Shown: positions 62,701 to 64,000 of the stretch, in pieces | Layout of the letters: each line of letters starts with the position of its first letter | How positions within the stretch are numbered: the first letter of the stretch is position 1 | Source of the DNA: Macrostomum hystrix | Taxonomy: Eukaryota > Animalia > Platyhelminthes | Length of the DNA stretch: 64,000 nt | Assembly (NCBI GenBank): GCA_950097015.1 | Contig: CATNEN010000012.1 | Coordinates: forward strand, 3,286,001 to 3,350,000 | Direction of reading: 5' to 3' | Position numbers and translations under genes: made by a program | The notes under the pieces: model-generated | Database searches by the model: none | Told to the model about the DNA's origin: nothing | The model's input: the letters and a program-made list of their open reading frames with translations, nothing else

Positions 62701-63504
62701 GCACACACGCACACAGATACCGTACGCTGGCACACGCTCACACAGGTGTGTACATCTGCCATGACTTTCTCATTGTCAGGCAGTGTACACTCTCATTTGG
62801 CTGCGCGCCAAATGAATGTGGCCTCGCCACAGAATCGAGCTTAAAGATATTGATTGGTACGAGAGGTAAACGTGTTAAAAGCTCTGCCACTCACCCCGCA
62901 AATGGATGGCTTACTACTAGTAGTTAGGACAGAGCGTACTCTCCGATTTTTAAGAAATCCGTCCACTCGCCCTCAACAAACCGCAGGGTCCGGTGTTCGC
63001 CCTCTGTCTGTACAACAACTCCTGGCTGCTTTCTGGAGGTAGGGATGGCCGGCTGCGCTGCTGGGAGTGGAGCGGCGGCGGCGGCGGCGGCGGTTTGATC
63101 CGTCTGGGAGAGATTCGACTGCCAGCTGGCGAAGGCGGAGTTCGCTGCGTGCGGATCATGAGGGGAGGCGGCGGTGTCGGCGACCATCTGGTGCTGGGCA
63201 CGACCGCGAACTCCGTGTTGCTGTGCCGCGCGAACAGCGATCCCGGATGGTGAGGTGGCTTTTAATTTGGGGATTTTGTTACCCTTTCTACTCGTAATAG
63301 TACATTTTTAACGAACCTCGAAGGTGTCCACTGGACGGCGTCGCTGTTGAGTCAGCTCCGCTGACACGCGGCCACTACGACCAGCTGCAGGGCCTCGGCT
63401 GCGTATCCGGGCGGCCCGGCCTGTTTGTCACCGCCGGCTTCGACGGCCAGGCCTGCGTGTTCAGCGCTGAGACTCGGCTGTGCCTGCACCGGACTGCCTT
63501 TCCT
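56709..63504 (+). CDS. EML: Echinoderm microtubule-associated protein-like (EML; HELP + WD40) gene with EF-hand-like N-terminal region, continuing beyond the window. Exons: 56709-~57173 (tentative), 57904-58186, 58541-59088, 59180-59277, 60040-60208, 60984-61360, 61599-61748, 61822-61981, 62146-62544, 62987-63249, 63324-63504
   Basis: From 57904 onward all exons join by GT-AG in matching phase. The HELP motif SLQLEWV|[13 protein letters not shown] spans an intron and is followed by [46 protein letters not shown] and RGHYDQL WD repeats. The donor of the first exon is weak, so that exon is low confidence. Confidence 0.85.
57504..57886 (+). mobile_element. tRNA-derived SINE, most complete copy, intronic
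   Basis: tRNA-like head (A-box-like GTGTCTAAGCGGT, B-box-like GAGCTCGATTCC, GGCG/CGCC stem), a body shared with other copies, and an (ATT/ATTC)n tail. Confidence 0.75.
58245..58450. repeat. 21-bp intronic minisatellite (CTGTTCTCATCAATCTCATGA)n
   Basis: 21-nt period, nearly the same unit as 50705-50990. Confidence 0.9.
59472..59510 (+). ncRNA. Candidate minimal type-I hammerhead ribozyme motif (Penelope-like retroelement type)
   Basis: GACC-CTGAAGA-A-GGCC(cagcttt)GGCC-GAA-AATT-T-GGTC: catalytic core CUGANGA and GAAA, 4-bp stem I, 4-bp stem II, palindromic stem III. Confidence 0.5.
59590..59815. repeat. Compound microsatellite (TATC)n/(TGTC)n
   Basis: Directly visible. Confidence 0.97.
60212..60658. 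repeat. 16-bp intronic minisatellite (GTGAGGAGTGAGGTGG)n
   Basis: 16-nt period starting immediately after the 60208 splice donor. Confidence 0.93.
61346..61530. repeat. 31-bp tandem repeat spanning an exon-intron junction (CAGCTGGAGTGGGTGTGAGTGAGGCTGGATG)n
   Basis: About 6 units. The first unit contains the real exon end and donor at 61360/61361. Confidence 0.93.
62570..62895 (-). mobile_element. tRNA-derived SINE, internally deleted copy, intronic
   Basis: The reverse complement aligns with 57504-57886 (head GGTGAGTGGCAGAGC...AAGCTCGATTCT, body, ATT-rich tail) but lacks about 70 bp of the middle. Confidence 0.75.
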
Positions 63505-63684
63505 GTGAGCGACGACTCAGGTGGACTGCTTTGCCGTTCCTGGCTTCTCTTCGCCTCGATCAACGCTAATCTCGGATATTCACTGACCTCACTCCAACTG
63601 TGCTTGAAGGGGTTTGGAGTGAGGTGGGTGTGTGCTTCAGTCTATCTGGAGTGCGATGGGCTTCTCGAGTCCAAACCACTTTAA

Positions 63685-64000
63685 ACACGCCCACCTCACT
63701 CCAATACCCTTGAAGCCACCCACGCACCCACCTCACTCCAAAACCCTTGAAAGCAACATACCCAACCTCACTCCAAAACCCTTGAAGCCACCCACACACC
63801 CACCTCACTCCAAAACCCTTGAAGCCACACACCCACCTCACTCCAAAACCCTTGAAGCCACACACCCACCTCACTCCAAAACCCTTGAAGCCACACACCC
63901 ACCTCACTCCAAAACCCTTGAAGCCACCCACGCACCCACCTCACTCCAAAACCCTTGAAGCCACATACCCACCTCACTCCAAAACCCTTGAAGCCACCCA
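63685..64000. repeat. 33-37-bp intronic minisatellite (CACACCCACCTCACTCCAAAACCCTTGAAGCCA)n
   Basis: Visible period, running off the window end. Confidence 0.93.

Overview
Eukaryotic (animal) genomic DNA with GC-rich exons, AT-rich introns and more than half its length in tandem repeats. The CAG-rich exons, minisatellite-filled introns and LINE remnant resemble a free-living flatworm such as Macrostomum, but that is inference only. Bases 1-24759 are a head-to-tail array of at least three non-autonomous Helitron-like elements on the minus strand (5'-TC ... GAA-loop hairpin - CTAG-3', with exact CTAG|TC junctions). Each copy carries an 18-bp and a 23-bp minisatellite, and the two complete copies are 13.3 and 8.2 kb. 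Bases 26.9-39.6 kb hold three Ly6/three-finger GPI-anchored protein genes: two intronless paralogs in inverted orientation and a spliced quiver/sleepless homolog. Downstream lie a 134-bp MITE, an internally deleted Tc1/IS630-type transposon with 277-bp TIRs, a UBTD1/2-like gene, large minisatellites, and the 5' part of an EML (HELP + WD40) gene with an N-terminal EF-hand-like region. One EML intron contains a candidate minimal hammerhead ribozyme. I found no CRISPR array, rRNA or real tRNA gene. Most long ORFs in the supplied track are artefacts of stop-free minisatellite units. All alignments and splice models were done by eye.
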